DNA of 64,000 nucleotides from Bacteroidia bacterium (GCA_965279165.1 OZ257140.1:24262-88261), one strand, 5' to 3'; positions 9,348 through 19,090 are shown, numbered from the stretch's first letter. Notes: a model not told the origin generated them from the letters alone. Program-made: numbers and translations.

Positions 9348-10178
9348 ATGGCAATTACCTATCATATGTTACAAATTCCGGCCACTTTGTTGTTTAACCT
9401 AATGGTATTAACAATTGGCATTGCTGCTGGATTTGGGACCTACTTTTTCAATAAATATATCCGAATAAAGCTAATGCGATCGCATAACGAAGTAACCGGA
9501 TTCCTTTTTCTTGCTATTGCCAGCTTTCAGTCTTTGCTTTTGAGTTTTGTGGTATTTTTGGTTTGGGGCGAGTTTATCGAAACCCAAGCAAATATGACCA
9601 AAGAGGGTAGCTCGGCGATGGGACTTTACCGTGATATCAAAAATTACCCTGAAATAGTCGATTCGAAAAAATTAATGGTGACTTACTTGCATTTTATTTT
9701 TTTAACGATAGAAGATGAAATTCCTGCAATGAAAGTACTCAAGCCTAGTCCAAAAACCGACGAAGCATTTAATAAAATGTTTTATGAAATGGAAAGAATA
9801 CAACCTAAAAATAACATGGAGGTTCAATTGGTATCCGGTATGTTTCATCATTTAAATGAAGTTTCTAATTTGCGAAGCATGCGCATTTCATCGGTGGAAA
9901 AAGAAATTCCTGCTCCATTATGGTTGCCAATGGTTTTGGGTGCTATTATTACCATCCTTTGTGCCATGTTATTGGATATTGAGCATGCGAGAATGCATGT
10001 GGTATTGAATACCATGTTGGGTATGTTTATAGGACTTATTTTTTTTATGATCATCCTTTTAGACCATCCATTTACCGGAAGTTTATCCATCAATCCAACT
10101 TCTTACAAACAAATTATCCTTTTAGAAAAATCGACCCAGGATGCTATAAAACCGATCCTAAAATCAACATACCAATGA
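9348..10178 (+). CDS. Multi-pass membrane protein (possibly DUF4239/bestrophin-like)
   Basis: 276 aa with several hydrophobic helices. The family assignment is recollection only. Confidence 0.55.
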   Translation: MAITYHMLQIPATLLFNLMVLTIGIAAGFGTYFFNKYIRIKLMRSHNEVTGFLFLAIASFQSLLLSFVVFLVWGEFIETQANMTKEGSSAMGLYRDIKNYPEIVDSKKLMVTYLHFIFLTIEDEIPAMKVLKPSPKTDEAFNKMFYEMERIQPKNNMEVQLVSGMFHHLNEVSNLRSMRISSVEKEIPAPLWLPMVLGAIITILCAMLLDIEHARMHVVLNTMLGMFIGLIFFMIILLDHPFTGSLSINPTSYKQIILLEKSTQDAIKPILKSTYQ

Positions 10179-10660
10179 CCAATTTACATTCCTCTTTGTC
10201 TTCCATTTCAATTACATTATTTGTTTTTGTAATCAGTTTAAGCATGGTAGGCGCCTGCGAATCCGACTTGTCTAAATCGGATAAAGCGTATGAAAGTGTA
10301 AATGAACAAGAGCTTTTGGCTAAGAATGCCAAAACAATAAAATCCGCATCCATTCACATACCGTTAGTTCATAAAGCAACAACAGATTCTTTGGATCCTG
10401 TTTTGGTTATGAAGCTCAAAATGGAATCGAATAAAAATAAATTTATGGCCTTAAAAAGAAGGCCGGGAATTGAAACCCGGGAATTTAGAAAGGCAGAAAA
10501 TCTATTAGAAGAAAACGCTGAACTAGAGCAACTATTAACTACTTTCCTTAAAACAGAAAAGGAAAACCACGCAAGATTTAACCAAAAATTACAAGATGAT
10601 TTATTGGAACTCGACAAACAATATACTGCATTGTCGATTAAAGAGAAGTCGTTGCAATAG
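10175..10660 (+). CDS. Hypothetical exported coiled-coil protein
   Basis: 161 aa. ATGA overlap with the upstream gene, hydrophobic N-terminus with Cys (SMVGAC), and a charged helical remainder. Confidence 0.5.
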   Translation: MTNLHSSLSSISITLFVFVISLSMVGACESDLSKSDKAYESVNEQELLAKNAKTIKSASIHIPLVHKATTDSLDPVLVMKLKMESNKNKFMALKRRPGIETREFRKAENLLEENAELEQLLTTFLKTEKENHARFNQKLQDDLLELDKQYTALSIKEKSLQ

Positions 10661-10784
10661 GAGATATATCAATACAATGACGTTGGACTGACTTTAACTT
10701 TATAATCCCAAAACAAAAAAGGATTTTAAATTTGGACTATTGGGCTACGAATAATTAAAGTGAGAGTCCCGATAGATATCGGGA

Positions 10785-10866
10785 GAGTGCGTGTGTGAGG
10801 TAAAATGATTGTAAAATGCTTTAGTCTTACACTCTAATCTCACACCCACACTCATTTTGTAGTCCC
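10785..10866. repeat. 82-bp nested-hairpin element, copy A
   Basis: About 89% identical by eye to 13354-13435. Outer inverted repeat gagtgcgtgtgtgag / ctcacacccacactc. Abuts the tRNA-like relic exactly as copy B abuts the real tRNA. Confidence 0.85.
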
Positions 10867-10925
10867 TCGACGACAATATTCGAACCATTGCAGGACGATT
10901 TGATTCTAACTTTCGCTCTAAAACC
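10860..10925 (-). pseudogene. Decayed tRNA-like relic related to tRNA-Arg(TCT)
   Basis: Aligns in the same orientation with 13429-13502. It shares the 3' end gggacta, the T-loop ggttcgaat, a gctcta D-arm remnant and a 5' ggt. About 8 nt are missing and the acceptor and anticodon stems no longer pair. Confidence 0.55.
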
Positions 10926-10933
10926 ATATTATT

Positions 10934-11164
10934 ATGCTGTTCGTCGATGATTGGAAGGGATTTCAATCATTAACTTACTTGATCACAAGTTCTATTCGTA
11001 TCATTGATATAAGCGGTAAAACCGAATCTCGCCGAAGTAAGATTGCCTCAGGCGTTAATAAGCATGTATTGCCGACGCAAGGGCTTGCAAAAGGAATTTA
11101 TTTTGTAACTTTGAGTAATCAGGACAATCTAACGATTGCCCGACTTAAATTGATATTAAAATAG
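10934..11164 (+). pseudogene. Orphan T9SS C-terminal sorting domain (gene remnant)
   Basis: The 76-aa ORF consists almost only of a CTD-like tail (IRIIDISGK...LPTQGLAKGIYFVTLSNQDNLTIARLKLILK). It has no signal peptide or passenger domain and begins inside the tRNA-like relic. Confidence 0.55.
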
Positions 11165-11218
11165 AAACCTTCCAATAGAATAGGAGAAAATCAATCTCCT
11201 ATTCTATTGTTTTAATTT

Positions 11219-13309
11219 ATGGTGCCGGTAAATAGAATATTCAAGTTATTGTTTTATACTTTTTTAATGCAGGGAGCACTCTCTGTAAACGGGCAGAATA
11301 TGATTAAAAATGGAGGGTTTGAAAGTTTTCCAACATCAGTACCACCTAATTCAAATCCATGTACATCATTTGGCTGGAAATGCGATAACCGTAGCATTAA
11401 TCCATGTGGATTGACTAATAGGATATTAAATCTAGTATATGATGTTGGGGCTTATACTTATTTCGACTCGACTTATTTGTCAGGGAATGAAAGAAACAAA
11501 ATCTTTGCTGATACTACCTGCACTTTTATACCAAATCCAAAAGCTTTTAAAGGATTTTGCGGGCAAAGATTTGCAGGAGTCCAGACACGGCAAAAAACAT
11601 GGCCAGATGTCAATTACAATTATATTTTCCAAAGCGGATTCACTTTCTATCTTAACAAGTCAATTGACTCTTCTAAGAAATACTTAGTTCGTTTCTCTCT
11701 TTTAACTGTGGATTCAAACACTATTCCAGTCTACAAAAGTCCTTCGGGAACTCCTGTTTATAATAGCACTTCTGTTGATAGTTTTAGTATAAGTATTGCT
11801 CATACAGATTCATCACTTGGAACTGTACTTTTTGCACTAAAACCGGTTTTTGATAAATGGACCCATTACACCCGGATTTTTATCGCACCAGATAGTGCTA
11901 GTTTCCTTGGAGCCGGTAATTTGGGTATTACGAATGGAACTAATTATATGGACAATTTCCAGCTTTTTGAATACAAAGGCAGTCAAACAAATTATCACTC
12001 AATTTGTAAAGGCGATAGCATTAATCTGACTACCACAGATACTGGTACATTTTATATCTGGAATGACAAAGACAGCACAAGAAATATTTGGGTATCGGAT
12101 TCCGGCTGGTATATCGGATATACACAAAGTAATTACGGGGTTTTTATTGATAGTATACATGTTGGATTTGGTGCACTTTTAAAAGGCGGATTAGCAACAA
12201 AAGATACAACTATTTGTAGATATGACCCGGTCCAATTCATCAGCAACTATTCCACTAATGTCACTTGGAATTGGAGTTCCGGTGATACAACGGAAAAGAT
12301 TGTTCCTGCTGATTCAGGAACATATTGGTGTAAAGCAATATACCCTAATACTTGTTTTGCAATTGATACCTTCACACTTCATTATGCATCGATCCTTCGC
12401 AGTCATTTCAACCACGACACCACCATATGCGAGAATCTTACAGCACAACTGAAAAGCTCATTTGCTGGTTGGTCATCATACATATGGAACACGAATGAAA
12501 TGACCAATGCAATTACGCCAACTTCAACTGGAGGCTATTGGTGTAAAGCAATTGATAATAGCAATTGCTATTCAATTGACAGCTTCAATTATACAAAGGA
12601 AATTATATCCCCTTTACCTTTAAAAGGCGACAGTTCTTTTTGTAGCGGTTTAATAATTACGCTTGACGCTTTTAATGCCCAGTATAATAAATATCTATGG
12701 AGTACAGGAGATACAAGTAGAAGTATTATAATCTCTAAAGGAGGACTTCATACTGTCACTGCAACCAATGGAATTTGCACAACGGATGCTACTGTGAATA
12801 TGCATGAGCTTCCTTTACCTCAATTGCATCTTACAAGAGATACTTCAGTTTGTTTTGATGAATTGAAAGCGATTTTACTTGATGCAGGTCAATGGAAATC
12901 ATATACGTGGTATCCAACGGGTGAACATAGTAGAACTATCCATGCAACTTATCCAGAGATTTACAGAGTAGTGGTTGCGGATAGTAATGATTGTATTGGG
13001 ACTGACACGGCTTTGATAGAAGAAGAATGTCCTGATGGCATTTACATGCCAAATGCGTTCACTCCTAACACTGATGGAATAAACGATACTTTAATGGTTC
13101 AGGGTACTGGTATAAAAGAAATCGAATTGCATATTTTCGATAGATGGGGCTTGGAAGTGTTTAGAAGCACAGAATTAATAAAGGGTTGGGACGGAAACTT
13201 TAAGGGCCAGATAGCACCCGAAGGTGTTTATTCATATAACCTTATTTACAAATTGAGAAAAAATAACAGCACTCATAGTAAATCAGGTACAGTAACTCTT
13301 TTAAGATAA
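11219..13309 (+). CDS. Repeat-rich adhesin-like protein with CHU_C (gliding-motility-associated) C-terminal domain
   Basis: 696 aa with signal peptide. Five ~75-aa repeats (C.GDS..L....YIW....T..I.....G.Y). C-terminus YMPNAFTPNTDGINDTL..FDRWGLEVF..GWDGNFKG..PEGVYSYNL. Confidence 0.8.
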   Translation: MVPVNRIFKLLFYTFLMQGALSVNGQNMIKNGGFESFPTSVPPNSNPCTSFGWKCDNRSINPCGLTNRILNLVYDVGAYTYFDSTYLSGNERNKIFADTTCTFIPNPKAFKGFCGQRFAGVQTRQKTWPDVNYNYIFQSGFTFYLNKSIDSSKKYLVRFSLLTVDSNTIPVYKSPSGTPVYNSTSVDSFSISIAHTDSSLGTVLFALKPVFDKWTHYTRIFIAPDSASFLGAGNLGITNGTNYMDNFQLFEYKGSQTNYHSICKGDSINLTTTDTGTFYIWNDKDSTRNIWVSDSGWYIGYTQSNYGVFIDSIHVGFGALLKGGLATKDTTICRYDPVQFISNYSTNVTWNWSSGDTTEKIVPADSGTYWCKAIYPNTCFAIDTFTLHYASILRSHFNHDTTICENLTAQLKSSFAGWSSYIWNTNEMTNAITPTSTGGYWCKAIDNSNCYSIDSFNYTKEIISPLPLKGDSSFCSGLIITLDAFNAQYNKYLWSTGDTSRSIIISKGGLHTVTATNGICTTDATVNMHELPLPQLHLTRDTSVCFDELKAILLDAGQWKSYTWYPTGEHSRTIHATYPEIYRVVVADSNDCIGTDTALIEEECPDGIYMPNAFTPNTDGINDTLMVQGTGIKEIELHIFDRWGLEVFRSTELIKGWDGNFKGQIAPEGVYSYNLIYKLRKNNSTHSKSGTVTLLR

Positions 13310-13353
13310 TAACAGCAAAATTGCTTTTTGCAAAATCTCAAAAGGCAGTAAAT

Positions 13354-13435
13354 GAGTGAGTGTGTATGGTAAAATGAGTGTAAAATGCTTTTATCTCACA
13401 CTCTAATCTCACATCCACACTCATTTTGTAGTCCC
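13354..13435. repeat. 82-bp nested-hairpin element, copy B (3' flank of tRNA-Arg)
   Basis: Immediately downstream of the tRNA 3' end, overlapping its last 7 nt. Inverted repeats aatgagtg..gtgtgt / ctcacatccacactcatt and an inner pair gagtgt/acactc. Confidence 0.85.
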
Positions 13436-13502
13436 AGCAGGATTCGAACCTGCGACCTACGGTTTAGAAAACCGGTGCTCTATCCAGCTGAGCTATGAGA
13501 CC
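13429..13502 (-). tRNA. tRNA-Arg (anticodon TCT)
   Basis: Cloverleaf read by hand: GGTCTCA TA GCTC AGCTGGATA GAGC A CCGGT TTTCTAA ACCGT AGGTC GCAGG TTCGAAT CCTGC TGGGACT A. G1-U72 wobble and a 27-43 mismatch noted. No encoded CCA. Confidence 0.85.
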
Positions 13503-13739
13503 ATTACGTTATTTACGTATTTAGGGTTGCAAAGAAATACAAATATTGGCTGTGATGCAAATGTATTTGAATAAACGTAAATGGGAATTGGTAATTAGGT
13601 AATTGGCCGCGTCGCATCCTTTTCGAATCACGCAACCCCAATCCGTCATTCGCAATAATCATAGCCCGCAACCCAAATTCGTAATTCCCAATCCGTAATA
13701 ATTGTATTCCGCAACCCAATCCGTAATAATACTTAAACC

Positions 13740-14165
13740 TTATTTCTTCGGCTTAATCGCATCCTCCACATTTAACACAAATGGCAACATTGTCGTTTTC
13801 CCACCTTGAACAGTTAGAATCACTTTGGCATATTTGCCCTTTAATGTGATTGATGTTAAGTTACTTATACTTGGAATAATCCAAGGGGATTTGCCTTTAT
13901 ATTTGGTAAAAAAAGTGGTTCCTGTTTTAGGAATGAAAAGTATATTCCATTTTAAAGTATCCTTTTCGTTTCCAAATCCTTCAAGATCCATACGCAAAGT
14001 ATCGTTTTGAAAGAATGAGTTATCTACAGTGAATGGTAGGTTTTTGGGATGTTTGGCTGCTTCATAAATTGTAATTTCTTTGTTCCCACAACGGAACCTA
14101 ACCGTTTGGGCAGAACCAACCACCACAACCAAGTTTACTAAAAACAACAGCTTTAGATGCTTCAT
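13740..14165 (-). CDS. Hypothetical secreted protein
   Basis: 141 aa with signal peptide MKHLKLLFLVNLVVVVGSAQ. No recognisable domain. Confidence 0.55.
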   Translation of the reverse strand: MKHLKLLFLVNLVVVVGSAQTVRFRCGNKEITIYEAAKHPKNLPFTVDNSFFQNDTLRMDLEGFGNEKDTLKWNILFIPKTGTTFFTKYKGKSPWIIPSISNLTSITLKGKYAKVILTVQGGKTTMLPFVLNVEDAIKPKK

Positions 14166-14455
14166 ATCGACTACAAGGTATACTAAAATAACGTTTTAAC
14201 ACATTGGATATTTCATTTCTAAAGGATGTAATTCTAACCATACCCATAAAATCCTTTATCCTTCTTGGCACTTAGTGATGGATATTTAAATAATCCTAGC
14301 CATTCAAATTTAGTTATACAAAAAAATCAAAACTATAGTCATTCCTCGCGTCGTCCAAATCCGTAATCCGTAATTCGTAATAATCATAGCCCGCAACCCC
14401 ATTCATAACTCATAACTCATAATTCATATCTCTTTAATTATATTTGCCGCCTCAC

Positions 14456-16228
14456 ATGCAAATCGAACAACAACTTAAAGAACATATATCACAAGCACTT
14501 AAAGCGCTGTATCAGATAGATAGTCCTCCAATTTCCATCGAGCCAACCAAAGATGATTTTGAAGGGGATTATACCTTTGTGGTGTTTCCTTATCTTAAAC
14601 AAAGCCGTAAAAATCCGGAGCAAACTGCAGAAGATATTGGGAAGTATTTGATCGAAAACATGCCGGAAGCAGGAGCTTATAATATCATTAAAGGGTTTTT
14701 AAATATCAGTTTAAAGGATAGTGTATGGACCGGGTTTCTTCAATCGAATTGCAATAACCCACAATTTGGTTTTAATACAAATCCAACCAAACAAAAAATT
14801 GTTGTCGAGTATTCGTCGCCAAACACCAATAAACCCTTGCATCTCGGACATATACGCAATAACTTATTGGGATTTTCGGTGGCTCAAATTCTGAAGGCTA
14901 ACGGACATGAAGTAAGCATGGTTAACCTGGTAAACGACCGCGGGATTCATATTTGCAAAAGCATGTTGGCTTGGTTAAAAACAGGCAATGGCGAAACACC
15001 GTCAACCTCGGGATTGAAAGGCGACCACCTGGTTGGAAAGTATTATGTGGCATTCGATAAACTATATAAAACCGAAGTTGCTACTTTAGAAGCAACAGGA
15101 TTAAGCAAAGAAGAGTCAGAAAAACAAGCTCCAATTATATTGGAAGCCCAGGAAATGTTGCGCAAGTGGGAGGCAGGTGATGAAGAAACAATTCAAATCT
15201 GGAAAACCATGAACGATTGGGTTTACGCCGGATTCGACGTTACCTATAAAAATCTTGGGGTTTCATTCGACAAATATTATTATGAAAGCAATACCTACAT
15301 TTTAGGAAAAGAAAAAGTGCAGGAAGGTGTTGCCTCAGGTGCGTTTTATACCAAACCGGATGGTTCAGTTTGGATTGATTTAACGGCCGACGGATTGGAT
15401 CAAAAATTATTGTTACGTGCTGATGGAACTTCAGTTTACATCACACAAGACATAGGAACAGCCGAATTAAAATACAACGACTTTCATTACGATAAAAGCA
15501 TTTATGTTGTAGGAAACGAGCAGGATTATCATTTTAAGGTGCTTAAACTCATTTGTAAGAAATTAGGGAAACCCTTTGCCGATGGCATATTTCATTTGAG
15601 TTATGGCATGGTTGAATTGCCTGAAGGTAAAATGAAAAGCAGGGAAGGTACTGTTGTGGATGCCGATGATTTGATTGCTGAAATGGTGAATACCGCACGC
15701 GAAACAACCATTGCTCTTGGCAAAACAGAAGGATTATCCGAAGTAGAGCTCGAACAACTATACCAAACTATCGGACTAGGGGCACTTAAATATTTCCTGT
15801 TAAAAGTTGAACCAAAAAAGAAAATGATGTTTAATCCGGCCGAGTCGATCGATTTTCATGGCAATACCGGACCGTTTATTCAATATACACACGCTCGCAT
15901 TCGGTCTATTTTACGCAATGCCATGCCGGACGCAGACATGGTAACCAATTCCATAGAATTACTTCCACTCGAAAAAGAAGTGATTCGAATTTTAAGCCAA
16001 TACCCAAAAGTAGTTGCCGAGGCAGGAGAGGAGATGAGTCCGGGACTAATTGCAAATTATGTGTACGAGTTATCGAAAACGTTTAGTCATTTTTACCACG
16101 AATTATCGGTACTCCGCGAACCTGATTTACAAAAAAGGAATTTGCGGTTACAAATAGCGTTACTAACGGCAACGGTAATTCGTTCGGGATTTGCTTTGCT
16201 TGGTATCCATGTTCCTGAAAGAATGTAA
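14456..16228 (+). CDS. argS: Arginine--tRNA ligase
   Basis: Class I HIGH motif (PLHLGHIRNNLLG), length and C-terminal anticodon-binding region typical of ArgS. ATG 14456 preferred over the track's TTG 14444. Confidence 0.93.
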   Translation: MQIEQQLKEHISQALKALYQIDSPPISIEPTKDDFEGDYTFVVFPYLKQSRKNPEQTAEDIGKYLIENMPEAGAYNIIKGFLNISLKDSVWTGFLQSNCNNPQFGFNTNPTKQKIVVEYSSPNTNKPLHLGHIRNNLLGFSVAQILKANGHEVSMVNLVNDRGIHICKSMLAWLKTGNGETPSTSGLKGDHLVGKYYVAFDKLYKTEVATLEATGLSKEESEKQAPIILEAQEMLRKWEAGDEETIQIWKTMNDWVYAGFDVTYKNLGVSFDKYYYESNTYILGKEKVQEGVASGAFYTKPDGSVWIDLTADGLDQKLLLRADGTSVYITQDIGTAELKYNDFHYDKSIYVVGNEQDYHFKVLKLICKKLGKPFADGIFHLSYGMVELPEGKMKSREGTVVDADDLIAEMVNTARETTIALGKTEGLSEVELEQLYQTIGLGALKYFLLKVEPKKKMMFNPAESIDFHGNTGPFIQYTHARIRSILRNAMPDADMVTNSIELLPLEKEVIRILSQYPKVVAEAGEEMSPGLIANYVYELSKTFSHFYHELSVLREPDLQKRNLRLQIALLTATVIRSGFALLGIHVPERM

Positions 16229-17610
16229 TGAAAGACACAAAATTGCGTTTAAAGGATATTCGAAAAAGTAATTTTATATATGCCGCTTTTGCGTTGTTGT
16301 TCCTCATAAATATTGGTTGCAATCCTGCAAAAAAGTATACCCAAACCGGTGACAAGCTAGCTGCTGCAGGCAATTATGAAGACGCCACCGGATATTATTA
16401 TACAGCTTTGCTAAAAAAACCGGGGTATGCACCTGCACAATCCGGTTTAAAAATCAATGCGCAAAAAGTGTTGAACGATAAGTTTGAAATATTCCGCAAA
16501 CAAGTGCAAGATAACCAGATTGAGCCTGCTATTAAACAATACCAGAATAACCAGAAGTTCTTTGATAATGCAGAAAAAACGGGAGTGCATTTAGAATGGA
16601 AACATGAATTTGATGAGGTGTATACAGAAATCAAACATGAATACGCAAGAACACTTTTTGATGATGTAATTCATCTGATAAACCAAAAGAAGTTTGATCA
16701 GGCAGAACGACAATTACACGAATTGGCATTGTTGGATACTGCATACAGTTCTGTTTCGGTACTGCGCATGAATACTGTATTACTGCCTTTGTACAAGGAA
16801 GGAGTAACCCATTACCAGCAAGGTAACTTTAAAGAGGCATACGCTACTTTTTCTAAGGTTGCAGAAATTGATGACCAATTTGAAGAGGTAATTACCTATC
16901 GAGAGAAATCATTAACAAAAGCTACGATTAGATATGGAATTTTTCCGGTTCATAGCGAGGATCAAATGGTTATGGAGAATCTGGATGAATTGTTGGATCG
17001 ACAGTTGAATAAAAGAAAATCTACTTTTACCGAAGTGAATGGTTACCGCAAAGTGCAATCCATGTTGGAATCACGCGGATGGAATCGCATTAAATCGCCA
17101 CAGGATGCAATACAGGCAGCTAAAAACCTCGGTTTACAAAATATAATCTTTATCGAAGTGAAAACATTGTTGGATCAAGTTCAACCCCGCATTGCCGAAA
17201 AAAAATCAGCCTACGAATCCTTCACCGAAAATATACCCAATCCATATACCGACACCTATACCTATATCACAAAGTTTAAAAAGGTGGAGTATACCGATGT
17301 TTCGGAAGGCCAAAGAATTAAATACAATGTAAGCATCCAAATATTGGATGTTGCAACCGGCTTGCCAATTTTTAGCGATAATTTTGACATGAACCGTGTC
17401 GACGAATTGCATAAACTCGAATGTAAATGCAATATCAATAACCTTTACCAGGACTTACCCGAGGGAAATTATTTACCTCCTTCAAACAAAGAATGGAGGG
17501 AACAATTTACGGTTGGTAAAGCGGCTTTAATGCCAAAAAATACGTTCAAACTTTCGATTCTGACAGAAATGGCAAGTCAGATCTCCGCAAAACTGAAAAA
17601 CAAATATTAA
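16228..17610 (+). CDS. Hypothetical lipoprotein with TPR-like N-terminal region
   Basis: 460 aa. Lipobox-like LFLINIGC. 1-nt overlap (TAATG) with argS. Confidence 0.55.
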   Translation: MKDTKLRLKDIRKSNFIYAAFALLFLINIGCNPAKKYTQTGDKLAAAGNYEDATGYYYTALLKKPGYAPAQSGLKINAQKVLNDKFEIFRKQVQDNQIEPAIKQYQNNQKFFDNAEKTGVHLEWKHEFDEVYTEIKHEYARTLFDDVIHLINQKKFDQAERQLHELALLDTAYSSVSVLRMNTVLLPLYKEGVTHYQQGNFKEAYATFSKVAEIDDQFEEVITYREKSLTKATIRYGIFPVHSEDQMVMENLDELLDRQLNKRKSTFTEVNGYRKVQSMLESRGWNRIKSPQDAIQAAKNLGLQNIIFIEVKTLLDQVQPRIAEKKSAYESFTENIPNPYTDTYTYITKFKKVEYTDVSEGQRIKYNVSIQILDVATGLPIFSDNFDMNRVDELHKLECKCNINNLYQDLPEGNYLPPSNKEWREQFTVGKAALMPKNTFKLSILTEMASQISAKLKNKY

Positions 17611-17732
17611 TCAGTCAATCTGGCTGCAAAAATCATATCATTGCATGAAATTAGTCAATTAACCGACATATTGTCTGTCTTTTTTGATTGGAATACCTTT
17701 TGAAGGTTTATAAATATCCAATAAAAAACAAT

Positions 17733-18182
17733 ATGACACTTATAAAATTTAAACCTACCCGCGAGTTGCTGAGGGATTCAGTGATTCCGTCTGAAATGAT
17801 GAATTTATTCGACAATTTCTTTAATGATTCTGTTGGAAAATTTGAACGCAATGTATTTTTCACCCCACGTGTAGATGTGATTGAAAAAGACAAGAAATTT
17901 GAAGTACATGTTTCTTTGCCAGGTCTGAAGAAGGACGAAGTTAAAGCTGAAATCGATGGCGATCGTTTGCATATCAGTGGAGAACGCAAATTTCACAACG
18001 AAAACAAAGACGACAAATACCATATGGTAGAAAACTATTATGGTTCCTTTGCACGATCGTTTACTTTACCTGAAAATGTAGATAAAAACGGTATGGTTGC
18101 CGAGTTAACCGATGGCATTTTAAAAATTGAAATTCCGAAAACACCGGTAAAAGAAACAAAAACCAGCATAGAGATTAAGTAA
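17733..18182 (+). CDS. Hsp20/alpha-crystallin-family small heat-shock protein
   Basis: Alpha-crystallin core PRVDVIEKDKKFEVHVSLPGLKKDEVKAEIDGDRLHISGERK...GILKIEIPK. Start placed at ATG 17733 (MTLIKF). Confidence 0.85.
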   Translation: MTLIKFKPTRELLRDSVIPSEMMNLFDNFFNDSVGKFERNVFFTPRVDVIEKDKKFEVHVSLPGLKKDEVKAEIDGDRLHISGERKFHNENKDDKYHMVENYYGSFARSFTLPENVDKNGMVAELTDGILKIEIPKTPVKETKTSIEIK

Positions 18183-18214
18183 GCGCTGGAGTTCGAATAA
18201 CTATACGTAAATTG

Positions 18215-18247
18215 CCGGGGGAGCAGAAATGTTCTCCCGGTTTTTTA
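18215..18247 (+). terminator. Rho-independent terminator after hsp20
   Basis: ccgggggag-cagaaatgtt-ctcccgg followed by tttttt. Confidence 0.8.
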
Positions 18248-18347
18248 TTTCAAAATGAATAAAAACAGCAGTAAAAACGGTGTTCTTGCAAATTCGTACC
18301 CGGTAAAAGCCTTGATTTACAGCAGAAATATTCATAAATAATCCCAA

Positions 18348-18383
18348 TTGAATTGGTTTATTCCCAAATAAGGCCTATTTTTG
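18348..18383 (+). promoter_or_regulatory. Candidate Bacteroidota-type promoter of the rpsF operon
   Basis: tatttttg (TAnnTTTG -7 box) at 18376-18383, with TTG about 20 nt upstream (18353-18355). The box ends 26 nt before the rpsF ATG. Confidence 0.4.
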
Positions 18384-18408
18384 CGCTCCTTTATATAAAA
18401 CCCAAATA

Positions 18409-18810
18409 ATGGCGGCTAAAACAAAAACCAACGAAAAAGTTGGCCTAAACGATTATGAATCTGTGATAATTTTCACACCCGTACTCTCAGATGAGCAGCT
18501 GAAAGATGTTGTCTCTAAATTCCGTAACATGATTAAAGAAAACGGAGGAGAGCTGGTTCATGAAGAAAATTGGGGGTTAACCAAATTGGCATATCCTATT
18601 GAAAAGAAAACGACCGGTTTTTACCACATTTTCGAATTCAAAGCCAATCCTGAGTTTATCTCTACCTTCGAACTGGCATTCCGACGCGACGAAAGAATCA
18701 TGCGTTTCTTAACTACTGCATTAGACAAACATGCATTAATCTACAACCAACGCAAACGCAATGGTGAATTTAACCAGGGCAAAAAAGACAAACAACAGGA
18801 GGGAAAATAA
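18409..18810 (+). CDS. rpsF: 30S ribosomal protein S6
   Basis: 133 aa. [22 protein letters not shown] pattern and rpsF-rpsR-rplI synteny. Confidence 0.9.
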   Translation: MAAKTKTNEKVGLNDYESVIIFTPVLSDEQLKDVVSKFRNMIKENGGELVHEENWGLTKLAYPIEKKTTGFYHIFEFKANPEFISTFELAFRRDERIMRFLTTALDKHALIYNQRKRNGEFNQGKKDKQQEGK

Positions 18811-18811
18811 C

Positions 18812-19090
18812 ATGAGCAAACCACACGGACAAACAAATCCAGCCATGGTGTTTAACACAACACCTGAGGCTCCGCAAAAAAAGAAATACTGCCGCTTCAA
18901 AAAAGCCGGTATCAAGTATATCGATTACAAGGATCCTAACTTCTTAATGAAGTTTGTGAACGAGCAAGGTAAAATTTTACCAAGACGTATTACCGGTACT
19001 TCCTTGAAATACCAACGTAAAGTGTCGCAGGCAATCGCCCGTGCCCGTCACATTGCAATCTTACCTTATGTTGCAGATCAATTAAAATAA
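18812..19090 (+). CDS. rpsR: 30S ribosomal protein S18
   Basis: [15 protein letters not shown]...[35 protein letters not shown] 18812 follows the rpsF stop directly. Confidence 0.9.
   Translation: MSKPHGQTNPAMVFNTTPEAPQKKKYCRFKKAGIKYIDYKDPNFLMKFVNEQGKILPRRITGTSLKYQRKVSQAIARARHIAILPYVADQLK

Noticed and set aside
10745-10966. 73-aa minus-strand ORF
   Set aside because: It spans the 82-bp hairpin element and the tRNA-like relic, uses a TTG start, and shows no protein-like features.
10785-13502. Integrated prophage or genomic island at tRNA-Arg(TCT)
   Set aside because: There is no integrase, excisionase, transposase or phage gene in or beside the bracketed 2.5 kb. The duplicated sequence includes the tRNA's downstream flank rather than just its 3' end. 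It is reported only as a duplication/insertion scar.
13429-16228. Functional coupling of tRNA-Arg(TCT) with the nearby argS (for example a T-box or attenuator)
   Set aside because: The two are separated by an unrelated opposite-strand gene and word-repeat DNA. No T-box-like specifier/antiterminator structure is visible upstream of argS. The proximity is most simply coincidence.
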